Source: Rhina ancylostomus
Lineage: Eukaryota
Length of the DNA: 64,000 bases
Assembly: GCA_030265395.1 (NCBI GenBank)
Contig: JARFYF010000017.1
Coordinates: forward strand, 34,528,229 to 34,592,228
Direction of reading: 5' to 3'
The notes beneath the pieces were generated by a model. It was not told the origin of the DNA. It made no database searches and worked only from the letters and a program-made list of their open reading frames with translations. Below are positions 1 through 14,600 of this stretch, in pieces (positions within the stretch are counted from its first letter, which is position 1; each line of letters opens with the position of its first letter). Position numbers and translations under genes: made by a program.

Positions 1-3000
1 GATGCAAATAACCATTATGCAGTTTTGGAAATCAGAATACACCTCTAATTTTATAGTTCACAAGGCTATTTGGCATATTGTACCTTCACTAGTTCTAGCT
101 CCATGTTAGGGCTGTTTTCTCTGATCTTGCATCTCCACCCTTTGCTTGTACTTTTCAGTATTTTCTTTTCAAATGTTTTTTTTAAATGTCTTGTAACCAT
201 TTATGAGATGTTCACATATTCCAGTAGACAACTGCATAAAAATAATTAGTGGTTAGTCAGCTAACCGAAAATATCCAGAATATACTATAAATAGGCTCAA
301 ATGCTGACTATAACATTTCCTAACATTTTTATCACCATTATTTTAATAGTTATATACATCAAAAATATTTGATACTTCATCCATATTTCATTCTGCACAT
401 TAAACTTTCAACCTTGCTGCAAGAGCAGTAAATTAGCAGAGCTGATTACTTGTCATCTTGGAACCACCTTACTTTCAATCCATTTCCGACAGATCTCTAT
501 CTTAGTTTGTCTGAGGATTTGTGTTGATGGGGATGGGGGTGGGGAAACAGGTGGAATATTCAAAATCTACACTACAAGGCATTCATCAAATCAAATTTGT
601 TCATGACTTAAAACCTATGTCTAGAAACTGTATGGTGCAGAATTTTACAAACTAGACAATTGGATTTCCATTAAAAAATGAGATGTAATTGGAAAGTGGA
701 GACTCGTCACAAATACTGTATTTTTATTCTGGGCAATGAGGCCCTCACCATGCACACTGGCATCCAATCATATGCAGTGCTTGCCTAGATGCCACTTCTG
801 GGATTCTGATGCAGCAGGTTTTCACAGAATCATGCTTCTCCATGATTTTTAAAGAAACCAGCAAGTGCAGGTACCAGGATGACACTTGAAACTGAACCCA
901 GATCCTCAATCTACACATGAATCTTTTAGCAAAAGTGAAGATCTCCTTCCTCTTGTCTTTGCCTTATCTGATTTCTCTTCCATTCACAATCGTGGGTGAA
1001 GGGAACATTTTGCCTCACGTTGAGCTGAATTAGCGGCCCCATACTCCACTGAAATTCCTAGTGGCAAGCCCCGTGGACAAACTTTTTTTTATGGTCCACA
1101 TCCACAATGCCAATCTTCAGTAATCTTGAAGACAGTTGTGCTTGTAACATTCTCAAAACTCTGGATGTTGAATTGGACCCAGGGCAAAGGTTTTAATGCT
1201 GGACTATATAACAGCAAAGAATTATAACAACAACCTGCATTTACAAAATTACTCTAACACAAGAAAATCCAAAAAAAAAGGAGAGGAAAAGATCTACTGG
1301 ATTATACAATCTGTGCCACACTATTATGGTGCCATGTGTACCACAATTCATGCATTTCTCCGGCATCTTTATTCCTGGCACCGATTGATACAACATACCC
1401 TGTTATCTAATCCTTTGTACAAGGGCTTGCTATTCCTATTTTATTGATAAAATGGAACTGATCTTTCCCACTGGCATATCATCATGAAACTTGATGGGAA
1501 ACTTTTTGGGAATTTGATGTGTGGGTAAAAAGATTATGCACATCAGTTTAACTTGTCTTTGAATTACATCTGGCCTATTCATGTTGTTAAGCTCAATGTT
1601 CCATTTAAATAAAGCACAACACTAACATCCAGCCTCTCATAACAGTTTAATCACACTGCTGGATTATGTAGGAGTGGGAGCACTACCTGCAATCTCCACA
1701 TGCCCAAGCTGACCTGGGCAGGTTATCGAGGCTCAATCTCACTGGCTTTCCACACCTTGGATTTGGGCTTTGGGTTCCGGACGATAACAAGACCTCAGGT
1801 GGCATTGTCTGGAACCCCCACAGGGATGAAACTCACGCTGCCAAAGCTGTCATAGATTTTAACAAGTTTAAGGTTTCTCATATGCAAATATCCTTAAAGG
1901 GTATAAACTTGAAGTAAAATTATTAAATGTGTTTAGAATTGTAAAAGTTTAAAACACATAAATAACTTAGAAATAATTAAACCACTAACATAAAGTAAAA
2001 TTAAAAAAAACTTACCTTCTGTCTCCTAACCCACAAGCAAAGTATCATCATTGAAATCAATAGGGTCTTACATTCTGTGCCAATTTCTGAGTGGCAATTC
2101 CTCGGTGTAATACTGGGGAGTCCCGAAAGTCTGGGGTTCGCCATTAGGCTCCAGTGGAGTGTAGTGACAGATGCATTGCCATCTATTAGTCAACAAGCCA
2201 CAGAGGTCCACGTTCAACCACACGTATGCAAAAGTCCGAGAGGAAGAAGTTTCCAAGGCTGTACCGCCATCTCCAGCCAGTAATATTCACCTCATACAAA
2301 TTTGCTTTCTTAAACAGGAGATTTTTATAATGCTAAATACTTCTGCTAAAGAATTCATCTCCCTGAAATAGCTTTGAGCTTAGTCAAGGACTAAGTTAAT
2401 ACCGTATTCACAGTCAAGAGGCTCTTTTTGATTTAGGTCACACTGAACTCTGTTAAATCCTACTGCATTTCCCATTTTCTGGTTCCCTTGTTCATTGCCA
2501 TTATATTTATTTCCTTCTGCTCAGACATTCTTGCTCTTAATTTCAAAAGCACTCTCACCATCACTCTCTTTCAGTCGTACCCCATCCACAAAATAAACTT
2601 ATCCTTGACCAGACTGTTCTTTCAAACTATTGTCTTGTTTCCATTCTCTCTAAGATGAGTGGTCATCTCCCAGATCTTTGTTCCTTTGTCTTCCAGCTCC
2701 CTGGTTGAATCACTAATATTTAGTTTATACCTCTTCCATTTCATAATTTTGTTGCAAAGTTCTGCATTAATTCTCATTCTACTCACCACTTTGCCACCTT
2801 TAATAATATTCACTCATGCTGTCACCATACAGTATCTCTCCACTGTTATGCAACTGCACTGGGACTACCTTTGCTCTATTCCACCATCAAGACCCCATCA
2901 TCAACCTACAGACTATCCTAAATATTCATTCCCTCCACCATGGGCACACCCTGACTTGGAAATATATCAATGATCCTTCATCATCAATGGGTCTAAGTCC

Positions 3001-6000
3001 CTGAACTCCCTATCGAGTAGTACTGTCAACCACAGTGGTTCAAGCAGCCCATTAGCACCTCTTCTCAAGCATAGTAAGTGACATAGTAATAAACACAGGG
3101 CTTGCCAGCAACAGCCACAACGCATAAATGAATAAAAACCACATATGCTGCAATGTTGGTTCTCCTCATCCCTCGCAAATTACTGTTAAAGTGAGTGCTG
3201 TTAAGTCTTTACCTCATTCTACCAAATATAAAACAAACCTACAAATACCCCTGGCATTGGTACCTGCACTGACTGGCTCATCCCATATATTATTCCATTA
3301 ATTCTTAAATCCTTCGAGATCAGTTGACTGTGTACAGTGGAAATGAGATTATCCTGGGATACATATCTTGCCTATGCTTGCTTCTGGAAATATTATGGCA
3401 GCAATGCAACTATTGAGGATGGCTGGAGATCTGTGTGAGAATAAACTGCAGGCAAACACTTCTGGAGTGGGATTTAGCCATTAATTTCTTTTCTCAATCT
3501 CTACCCATAAGCTCTTCAAGACAAAGTAGAGGGCTTTGTCCAATTTAGAATCCATAGTGTCAGTGATGGAGAAAGAGCATTCACTGGAGAAGCAGTGCTT
3601 GATTTTGGTCCACTATCTTTTGGGGATCCCCTGCACATGCCTGGGGAATTGCCACTCTTTTCATGGCAGATTGCAAATTTCACGGTCCATCTTACTTGGC
3701 TGCACGGATATCAAAATGGTATACCTGCAGACTTTCTGGCATACCTTGTGGAAGCTCTGAAGTACTTCTGGCCACGACTGAGCTCCCTTTATATTCACAG
3801 CTTCCATTAGGTAAACAGATGAATGCCTGTCTCTGGCCTTTCATTCATTCTAATGTTGCTTCTCTTCAGTCATTCTATTTGTTCTTTCTTAACTATGCTA
3901 TGCATTTCACCATGTTTCCCTCCTGACCTCCTCTTCCAGATTCCTCCTTCCCCGTAGCAAGTTTCCAACCATCTGATTACTACAAGTCACCCTCCAGAAT
4001 GCGATTATAACTACGTGCTCTTTAACATAGTCTGGTTGGGTCAAATATCATGTTTCCTTATTGTAACTTCTATACATTCCATTTCAATATGCATCATGTC
4101 TCAATTACTTTCTAGCTCATTTCCTCCTTGTTCAGACTACCTTAAGGCTTAATATTCTATAATTTGTTATCTGCTGGTATAATTTACTGAACATTTGTTA
4201 ATTAGCTTTAGGAACCTACTTTTGAACGTGATTGGACTGCTTGCTTGTCTTTTTGTAGTATAATAGGATGTTACAAAATACACCCTAAACACTGAATATG
4301 CATCGATAGCATTTTCTTAAAATATTTTGCATAATTATTAAGANNNNNNNNNNNNNNNNNNNNNNNNNNNNNNNNNNNNNNNNNTTACAAAATATTATTT
4401 CCATAGGAAAATGAGGTAATCTCTGGTTAAAATAACTTAGAGCCAAAGCCCTTCAATTTTAAATTGTCGCAGTACAGAAAATAAGGATAATATTTGGTAA
4501 AATATACAATTACAATATGGCAGAAACATAATTAAAGTGACTCTAAAGTGAAAATATTCTGGAAGTGAACCAGAAGCACTGCTGAACCTGATAACTGTGT
4601 ATTACATTTTAATGTGTGATAAATTCAAAGCAAAAACAAACTTCAGTCTAGTACTTTTACACGACCCATGCATATTATGGACGTCTGCAGATGAGCAAAG
4701 ATCAAGATAGAATTTTTTTTTTAGAATTTGCCAAGTAAAAGAAATCCATAATATGTTATACAAAAAATAGAATGCTTAGGGAATCGGGATGTATATGAAA
4801 ATCTAAGCCTTTGACATATCTTAAGAATTTGGCCATTCAGTCCTTTGAATCTAGTTTATCATTTTATCAACCAAGACATAATTTTGCATTTATTATTGAT
4901 TTCCTCATTTTAATCACATGTTTTAATATTTCCACTATATGAATGCATGTGTCTCCTTTTAAACATCTCAATTAAGTATGCTTTCTTTTCAGTGGGCATA
5001 ATTCTCTGCCTTCTCACAAAGCCTTTAGGTCAAGAATTCTTTTGGATTCATGGTTAACCAACCTAGTTTTAATTTTATATTTATTCACATTCATTAGTCA
5101 TAAAGATTTATTAATTGATGAAGATTTATTCATTAAACTCACGCCTGTATTTAGGAATACAACAGCCATATAGTCATCAGGTTCTCTGTCCACATTTCTG
5201 TTCTTTGTAAACTTCTGTTGTTTCACTTGGGTTCTGAGATCCAATATCTGTTGTTGTTAATTTGTGAGCAGATTTCTTTTTACAAAAATATAGGATGATG
5301 TGGTTTGGGAGGCTTGTTTTGTGTGTGGAAGTGGCTTTAGATAAAAGCACAGAATGTCAATTGTCAATAGTTCAGTTTGATCCCCTGGTGAGAGAGACTA
5401 ACTGTAACTGTCTCTAATTGTCATTCTGTTGCCAGCTACAGTTTGAAATACTGTGTAAAAAAACTTTGCATTGTGTTGGGTAAGAGCACAGTTTTTTTAT
5501 TTCATGGAAAAATATGCTATAATTTTCTCAATCTGGGTTTGCACTCTTATAAGATAAATAAATCAGCTTACTTCAAAGGCCTACAGTGATTTTGGAAACA
5601 GATAGGTAGAATTGGCAAAACTCTGGCATTAACATGAGATTTTACAAGAAACATAATTGTGTTGTTATTGTTCTTTTAAAAAAAAAGAGAAGTCCTTAGG
5701 GTACTGACCTTTATCTCATATTTAAAACCTTGGCTTTAACAGAAATACATTTTCAATTTATTTTTCAATCATTATATTATAAAAGGAAAGAAAAAAAAAT
5801 ATTGTTCTGAACCCTTTTAGCCAGGAAAAGGTTACAATAAGATACAATTGAAGCTTTCTAGGGAGTAACCAAGAATGTCCCTATGGAACAACATTAATCG
5901 AATAAACTAATCTTTGCTGTAGAGATTAACTGGATGGGTTCAGTAGTGTAATATCAGCAGAATGCTAAGTATCAGGACCATCAGCTGCTTCAAAGGTGCT

Positions 6001-6543
6001 GGAGGCAGTGGGAGAGCCTCCCTGTTGGGCCCACCCCACTGATCCTGCAAATTTGGTAAACTTCATAGAAATTTAATAAGTCCTGCTGCTTTGTGTTTGC
6101 CTGCAGAGGAAACAGCCTGATGCTGAGAGGCACATATGTGACAATTTACAAGCATTTTGGAAACTACAGCAGTTGTTGTAGAGGCCTGGGGCCTATGCAG
6201 CTTAAGCCAATATGTACATCCTCAAGGTAAATAATACTTTAAGACAATGAATTGGTTCAAAGGATCTTACCTGTTTCATATGTTAGCCATATTATGTTAT
6301 ATTGTAAAGCATATGTGCCTGAACTTCAATTTCTATCATCTCTCAGCACTGCAGACTAGTCTTCTACACCAACTCATGGTAACAGTACTTATATGCATCT
6401 TATAACTATCACATACAATAGATGAGCAGATAAAGGAGTTGTTGTCAGGATACTATCATCAAACATGTAGTTACACTCAATAACAGTGGACAGCAGGCAG
6501 TTCTTAGCTAATTAATAAGATTGGTTTTCTTTGTTTAATAGGA

Positions 6544-6575
6544 GTGTGTGTGTGTGTGTGTGTGTGCGCGTGTGC
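6544..6575. repeat. (TG)n microsatellite
   Basis: Run of gtgtgtgt... ending gcgcgtgtg, seen directly. Confidence 0.95.
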
Positions 6576-8529
6576 ACGCCTGCAGGGGTGGGGAGACTGC
6601 ATTGATTGGTTGGTGGTAAGAAGCAAATGAGCATGAAAAAGGGAGAGGAGATGGTGTTGGTAATGATATTGGTTAGGGACACATAACAATAGAAAATCCA
6701 GAATCTCTGCATTTAATATGAACAAAAGTAATTTGATAAATCTTCTCTCTTTCCCTCCAGATGTTATTCCATTTCCAACAGTTCATCGTTCACTGAAATA
6801 TCGAAACTCAAGCCTTTTCTGTATCCCTGTCATGCAACTGCTTAACTTGCATGTCTGTGGTTAAAAAGATTGGAAGGTGTTTAGTTCCTTTAATTTCACC
6901 CTTGAAATACATGATNNNNNNNNNNNNNNNNNNNNNNNNNNNNNNNNNNNNNNNNNNNNNNNNNNNNNNNNNNNNNNNNNNNNNNNNNNNNNNNNNNNNN
7001 NNNNNNNNNNNNNNNTTTCACCCTTGAAATTCATGATTGCTAACAGGACAACTTTTTTTATTTGCTCTATTGTCTTGAATCCCATAGCTGACAATCTGTT
7101 CCATGAGGTAGGCTTTTTAATCAATCAACTAGATAATCAAATGTCACTGGCTATCTGCTCCATGTAATTACTTTTGCAATTAAACATCGACCTCTAGTTG
7201 CCTCATCTAATTAGAGGGATGGGCAGATTTTCATCTAGATTGATTTTTTAATAAATATTGACTTAAAATATCATGATCTCATCATATTCCTTCATTTCTT
7301 TGTACCAAAAATCAAACAAATGGTCAAATTAACGAGGAGACAGATTCTGGGACATTAGAGGCTTTTCTCAGTTCAGTATGCAGAATTATTGTGAATAGAA
7401 GCACAGCCAATATCATGCTAATGATGATACTCAAGTGCTCCATTACCTTATGAGGGAAAGAGAATGACGATAAAGTGAATGGCAGATTAAGTGTTCATTT
7501 TGAAAATACACAAAGTGAAGTGAGAATCCACGTCTCATTCTTCTGAAAATGCAAATTTAAACATCCCATAAATGTTAATAAATGTAGGTGACTGCATGTA
7601 CTTACTAACATTAAATACTATCAAAATCTGCTCTGGCATGAAGAAATTATTTATATTAGCTATTCTGCAATATTTCTGAAGTAATACGGTCTCACTGCAA
7701 TGGGCATAAGTTATAGGATGCGATATCTTCAACTCTTCGCGGTCACATAAATCCGCCATTATCTTGAGAATGTCCAAATACAATTCAATGGAGCAGCTTG
7801 GCTGACATTGCTACCATATAAGGATTTACTGTCTGGTGAATGGAATTAAAATGACAATGAATTTGTAACTATTTCAGGTGAGACAATTTTGAATACTATT
7901 TTGAGTTGATTTTTTTGTTCTTCTATTTGTACTGAATTTCCTGGATTCTTGTGTACAGCACGTTGCTGGTTTAATACCAAATAAATTCCAAGCATATTTT
8001 TGTTTACAGTGTGCAAGGATAAAAAGAAACAACAGTGAAGATGTTCAAAAATGCAGAATAAGCCTCAATTGGATTCCTGTGAATAATTTTCAGCATCTGA
8101 ATATATTGAAGGAAACATACTGCCCAGACTCACCAGAGTGATCACTGGAATGAGAAAGTGGAGTTTTGAAGGCAAGCCTGAGATATTGTCTTATTTCCTC
8201 TGGAGCCAAGAAGTCTGTGAAGAAATGTAATGGAGATTTTAAAATTATTGAGTTCATTGGAAAAGACCATTTTCTCTCGAGTTTGTGACAAGAAGTTATT
8301 AATTTAAAATTGGCACTAAGGAGAGTGAGAAAACAGTTTAGAAAAAGTATCTTTGCTTAGCTGATAGATGGAATGTTTTGCTCCAGAAAGTGGTTGAAAT
8401 GAAGCTCTTTACATTTAAGCACTGAGAAAAAAAATGAGCACAGACCTTTGAGAAAGAGAGGGCCACAATGAGCGCATTTTTGAATTGCATTCATGGAGAG
8501 TCTATGCAGGCATGATGGGGTCAATAGTC

Positions 8530-8630
8530 ATTTCTGATGAAGGGCCTTCTCTTTCCATGGATGCTGCCTGGCCTGCTGTTTATTTCAGCATTTTTGTTTT
8601 TGTTTCAGATTTACAGCCTCTGCAGTTTTT
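8530..8630 (+). mobile_element. Short Penelope-type terminal repeat fragment
   Basis: ctgatgaaggg...gatgctgcctggcctgctg...cagcatttttgtttttgtttcagatt resembles the terminus next to the Penelope RT at 44370-44450. Confidence 0.55.
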
Positions 8631-10610
8631 GTTTTGCAGTTTGTTCTACCACCAGCTCTCCTGCATATGGTCACATACAGGTAAGCAGCAGGGGTCAATC
8701 CACCACATTCACAATGTACAACTTACTACCTGGATTTATGTTTTCTCATGAAAAAACATCTTCAAATATTATCTGAAATTTGACATTTGACTTTTAGCAT
8801 TAGAAGACCTAGCTTAGAGACAAAGAGGGAAAAGAGTGGTACTTTACACACTGCTCTCACCCTCACTCCCAGAAAACTCAAATTTGTGCTCGTCAGCAAC
8901 CATGACTTGGAAGCCTCCAGTGAAAACATCACTGCTGGGGAAGTGGCAATGATGGACCAAGCTGTGAGGTGGTGAGGATGGAATCTGAAATATATCCTGC
9001 TGCAGAAATGCCAGAGTGAAACCTCCCAGGCTGGGATGAGTGCTGATTCCTCCATCCCCATTAAAAAAAAAGAGACTGCACCAAAAGTACTAACTAAGTG
9101 GACCCAAGGATCATGGAGCACAGGATGCCAATGGGTGCAACATGCTGCAGAATAAGCTGCCCCCTTCCCTGCTCTATCCCAACCTTGGAAGTAAATATTC
9201 AGTTTTACTTTTGAACTTACATCACCCCCCTTTCAGGCAATATATTCCAGATCTTCTTAACTCATTGAATAACAAAATTTATAGCTTCCTGCTGATATTT
9301 TAAATATGTCCTCCAGTTACTGACTGACCCTCCAGCCAGGATGTCCTGAGCTGCTCCAACAAAAGTTCTTGATTTCAAAACTCTTATCAGTTTAAAATAT
9401 AAAGAAAGAAATTGGGCCCCTAATAGCCAGGGTCCCAGGTCTCTGTTCCAGCCTTCAACCCTTCATGCACTTTAACTCACTGGTTTCAAGCTTTGAAAGA
9501 ATGAGCATCATTTTCTTATATCAAATACGGTGAACCATTTTGAATGATCAGCGAAAGGGGGAACATTTTGACAACCGACCAAGAAATATGGGTTTTGCCT
9601 TCTGAATCATGATGCAAGATGTTGGTAACTGTTCTAGAAGCAACAGATAACTTATAATAATTCCTTTACCTACTTGTGAGGAGAGCAGTGGTAAAAGAAG
9701 GGAGAGTGCAGTTACATTTGATTTTTCAGCACTGTGTGAAAAGTTTCAGCTACCAAGACCCTTTGAAGACATTTGCATTGACCAGTGCAATATGGCTAGT
9801 ATTATCTGAGTTGAGATCCCATCACAATAGAGCACCTGGATCTCACAGCTCAGACATTGAATGTCACCAGCAGCAATGCAATTATTCATATAAAGCATAA
9901 GTTCTGCACTGTCTCAAACTTGTACTTTTCTATGCTTACAATGTAGCGCAGGTTCCCAGAAGGTTCAAATGTTGCTGGTGGCTGTCTTGACAGATTCCCG
10001 GAAGGAAGCTCTTATCTGTCAGTTGTCTAGATATACAGGTACTTGGTCTCAGGAGCCACTCTCATCACTGACAGGCATTTAGTAAACATAATAGAAGTGT
10101 ACGTAAGGTCAAAGAGTATTTTATATCAGTTAAGCAAAGCTTCCATGTTAAACTCAAGATATTTTCTGAGAGATTCTCCTAATCCAATGTGCCTGTGCCC
10201 ACCTTTGACATTAGTACCTGTGAACTTTTCTCCTGGGTAAACAGATAATATGTTGAAATACCACCTTAAGCATTTCCACAAAAATGAAGGAATTTGCAGC
10301 ATTTTACACTGGCATTCTCCTGTGGCTTTAGAGCTCATAAAATAATGAAAATAAGTTTTTCCTGGCCACTTTATTTTTTAAATAAAAGTGGTGTGACAGC
10401 TATGCTTGTAAATGTATAAATGTCAATGCAGGAAGTTTACTTATGCACAAATGACCACCTTCTAACCACACGCGCTCCCTTCCCCACAATCTAACCAAAC
10501 AATGACTCAAAGAAAGTGGAAAAACTTTGGTGGGAAACAGGAGGGAAATAACATTAGCAAGTCCAGTCAAACTCTCAATGGCATCCAAAAATGTTATCTA
10601 CATTAGTTAT

Positions 10611-10965
10611 CTGCAAGTTATCTACTTTGGTGGCAAAAGTAGGTAGGCAGATTATTATCTGAATGGCAATAGATTAGGACAAGGGGAGCTGCAATGAGAC
10701 TTGGATATCCTTGTGCACCAGTTGAAAGTAACCATGCAGTTGCAGCAGGTAGCTAAGAAGACAAATTGTACATTGGCCAATGTAGCAAGAGGGTTTGAGT
10801 ACAGGAGCAGGAATGTCTTACTGGAATTGTACAGGGCCTTTGCACGACTACATAGAACACTACAGCACAGTACAGGGCCTATGCAGGGAGCAGAGTACTT
10901 AGCTTGGATGATCAGCCATGTTCATATTGAACAGTGGAGCAGGCTTTAAGTGCCAAATGGCCTGT
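10611..10965 (+). mobile_element. CR1 LINE 3' fragment (RT C-terminal region plus 3' UTR piece)
   Basis: Translation DLDILVHQLKVTMQLQQVAKKTNCTLANVARGFEYRSRNVLLELYRAF matches the CR1 ORF2 C-terminus; gatcagccatg...gagcaggct...aaatggcct tail. Confidence 0.85.
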
Positions 10966-12109
10966 CATACAGTAACTGGAGAAAAAGTCCCAATCCACAA
11001 TTTTACTCCCTTCTCTGGTCTCATTCATTCCCTCCTATTTACATCTCTTCCAGACAGATCAACAGTGATTTTCAAGCCTTCACCACCCTCAGCCAGCACC
11101 ATTCATTCTCTTATGGTTCCAATTTATCACATTTTCATTTTTATCTCCACCCCTTCTCCTTCTCTGCAACGTAAAACATGTTTGATTTCTAACCTTTCCC
11201 AGTTTTGATGGAAGGTCCTCAACCCATAATATTAACTCCGCCTCTATCTGCACAGCTGATCTCCCGAGCTGCTGATTATTTCCAGCATTTTCTGTTTTTA
11301 TCCCCATTTCTGATATTAGCCATAATAAAGGTCTTTCACCACTTCGTGCCTGACAATTTTTTGGAGTATTTGTTATCTTCTGTATTCAACACAGTGTGAG
11401 AAGGTCCACAATTTGGTATGTCTAATGGCTTCTTTCAGAGTGCTTCAGTCCATTATTATATACAAGATGGTAGTCTTGCATAAATAAGCATTGATTGTTT
11501 ATGATAGCATAAGATATATTATTGACGGCAATTTGTGAAAGATTATCAGAGGTGATGCTACTTCCAGTCAAATATACATTTTGTTTTAAATAATGGGCAC
11601 GGAGCTTCTGCTTGATTGCACTGGTTTTGTCGGTGTTATTCACCTCAAATTGGCAAAATGACTGCAAAAGATTGTGGAAATTCAAGTGCAAATTATGTTT
11701 GATGCAAATTGGGTTTGTGCAATGTTTTGTGCTGATCCTCACTAGGTTAGACTAGAATCTATCCCCATCCTTTAAACTGTCATACTATCCCACTACTTCC
11801 CAACCATCCCCACAATCAATACTATTATCCACTTAAAGATTAGTTGGCTCTTTCTGGTGCAAACACACCAAGAAAAACATTTTGAACATACATTTTTTTT
11901 ATAAAAGCTACCAAATTGATTGCGATACCCCAATGTAACTAGCAGCTGTTTTGCCTACTCTTTTTAAAGTAATTTTCAGTTGTTTAAAGCAAGGATGCCC
12001 ACAGGCAGTGAAGCAGATGCGAACAGGTGGAAACAAATTCCCAGTTCCAATTTAAATGTAATTTTTACCTATATTAGCAAAACAGTGGCTAATGATTAAA
12101 TTGCCAGCT

Positions 12110-12470
12110 TTGATAATGCTCTCTCTTTTGAGTCAGAAGGCTGTAGGTTCAGGTCCAACTCCAGAGATCTGAGCACAAAAATCTATCCTGGCACTTCAGC
12201 AGCAACTCAGGGAGTGCTGCACTGTTGGAGATGCCATCCTTCAGATGAAATGTTAAGCTGAGGTTCCACTGGCCTCCCAAATGTGTGTACAAAATCCTGC
12301 AGCATTATTTCAAAATCTAGAAGAAGGAGTCATCCCTGGCCAATATTTACTCCTCAATTGAATCATTAACATCTTCCTCTTCGTGGGTGCTTGCCGTGCA
12401 AAAATTAGCTATCAAGTTTTCAAATGTAATATGATATTGATGGACCACATGTCACATAAATAGAAGTCTT
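12110..12470 (+). mobile_element. Deu-domain SINE (SacSINE1/AmnSINE-like)
   Basis: tRNA-like head (gagtcagaaggctgtaggttcaggtcc) followed by the Deu core gggagtgctgcactgttggagatgccatccttcagatgaaatgttaagctgagg...ccctggccaatattt. Confidence 0.75.
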
Positions 12471-13476
12471 AAATAAATATGTCACTTTTAAATATATCAA
12501 GAATTTTTTTTCTAATTTTCTAGATTAAATTTTAAAACACTATTCAGTTGCGTTGGTTAATGGAAGATGTTGTATTCTGTAATTTGCAAATGAGGCTGAT
12601 TGGCAATCTGAGCCCAAAAGTACAGCAAAGCTAGCAGAATTTTGGCACCAAATTGCACTCAGATTTGTGAACCAGCCCAAAATAGACACACTTGGCACAT
12701 GTCCATTCCATATCAGAATTCCAGAATTATTCCATGGCTGAAGTGCCCTCAATTGCAAAACAAGAAAAAAAATGCTGACATTGAAGGTTTATAAAGGGCT
12801 ATCATCACATAGTTCACATGTTTTATACCATTTTCTTGCAGATCAATTTTGCTATGAATCATCTATATTCTAAATATGGGGAATTATACTAAAATATGCC
12901 AAACACAAATCACATAACATTTCAGAATTAGCATAACACTTTAAAATTACTTAATTTCACAATTTTTAATAAAATCAAAGTGAGAATTTGGAAAAAGTCA
13001 TATATACTTAGGCTTACTTAACCTTTAAAGGAAAGTTTCCTGCAGAAAAACATCTAATAATTCTAGCATCCAACATGCTTCATATGATTCTTTCAAAAAG
13101 TTAAGAAGTAATTGCCATCAGATGAAAATCCTATAAAAGTGAACAGAGCTTTATTTAATGATATATGCAGTTAAGCTACCTTTTCTATACAATTCTGTTC
13201 CATATCAATGGAACTCAGTAATCTTCCACTTTAGATCTGAAACATGTCTTTCTATTCCACATGGATATCGTTCAGAAATGAGTCACTTGGTTTACTTACA
13301 TTGAATCAAAAAATGTTTTTTATTACAATAGCGAAAAATTGTTAAATACAACAGATAGTTCTCAACTGACATCACTAACTGCATTGCACAAAAGTAATGC
13401 ATGTACAGTATGCGAACTGTCAGTGTTTGAAATCTACAAACTCAAGTCTTCAAAGCCTTTAGCACCTAAACATAAA

Positions 13477-13570
13477 GGGCCTGAAATTCCACAGGGGTTC
13501 CCTCAATCTCCTGTTATAACTTCAGCAACTACAGCAGGAGATCAAGACAGGCCCTGCAGAATTTCAGCAC
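13477..13570. repeat. Short imperfect fold-back (MITE-like) element
   Basis: gcctgaaattccacagggg pairs imperfectly with ccctgcagaatttcagcac; inner atctcctgtt pairs with agcaggagat. Confidence 0.5.
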
Positions 13571-14009
13571 CAGATTATTATTTTTCATTCCTGCTGACTG
13601 CTGCTGTAACACTTCCTAAAATAACATGCTTTATTTTTAGTACTCTCATTGAAAGCATATAAAATATATTCGCCATAGCATACTTCTACTGTTGTACACT
13701 TTGCTCTTCTCATTAAGAGGTTTGCCNNNNNNNNNNTGAAATTCCATGGAAGTCTTCCTTTAATTCAGTGGGAGATCTCCCAAGTAAACACAGGAAAACA
13801 GTTATATTGGATCACAGCCTTTTCCTTCAACGTCTGATTGATTTATAAGGCCAAAACTTCTATTTGGTTGCTTCAAGACAAGCAACAAAGCAAGAACATC
13901 CAAGTGTAGTAACTCCCTGAGCAGGTTGATCCAACTGTTGGTTACTGATGTCAAGCAACGTAAATAAATTAAGATAATTTTTAAGCATGTATCAGTTGAT
14001 AAAAGCATA

Positions 14010-14600
14010 GACAATATAATAAGTTAGCAAAGGGAAGTAAGGTAGTTAGTTAACAAGAACCCTCTGGGTGTCTTGGAAACTTAAACATTGTTACTATTAT
14101 TTGTTTGGTAGCACAACTTGGAAGAACCTAGCTATTTGATTCATCATGTGTGAAAAAGAAAATGTACCACTGTATATCTTATCAGTCAGGATCAGGTATA
14201 AAAGTTTGCAAACCTAGTAGCTAGGGGCCAATCAATGGAGGAACCTAGAATGGTCACTAAGCACACTCTCAATCAAAATCTATACAGTCAGTTGTCCAGC
14301 TCTGATCAAGAATTTCTGTATTCACATTCATGTAGTGTGTCCATGTTTTACAACTAATGTGCCGTGACTGACTTTTTCCAATAACTTCAAAGATTCCTTT
14401 ACCAATACGATTGCCCTTGAATATGTAGCAAGTGATATTTTCTAACTACCAATAGCATGAAAACAAAGTGACCCTGAGTTTCCTAAGCAATTAAACCCAT
14501 CTTTAGAAGGCTGATCTGTATCATAATTACTTGGAATAAAGTTGAGTGAAGGACATTCATTGGTGTATTCTCATGTCTTCATGGGTGAACAAATTGGCTG
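14010..14600 (+). mobile_element. Candidate 5' LTR and primer-binding site of a degraded retroelement
   Basis: TATAAAA 14197-14203, AATAAA 14535-14540, ...AACA ending 14591, then TGG at 14595, upstream of the gag-like remnant. The left boundary is a guess. Confidence 0.35.

Noticed and set aside
3520-3800. Overlapping short ORFs in moderately GC-rich sequence
   Set aside because: Probably a decayed minus-strand LINE RT fragment, too degraded to assign.
6890-7040. Direct repeat tttcacccttgaaat(a/t)catgat flanking an N gap (similar cases at 29444-29561, 39323-39440 and around 22700-22840)
   Set aside because: These are duplicated contig ends around placeholder gaps, most likely unmerged overlaps or haplotypes rather than biological repeats.
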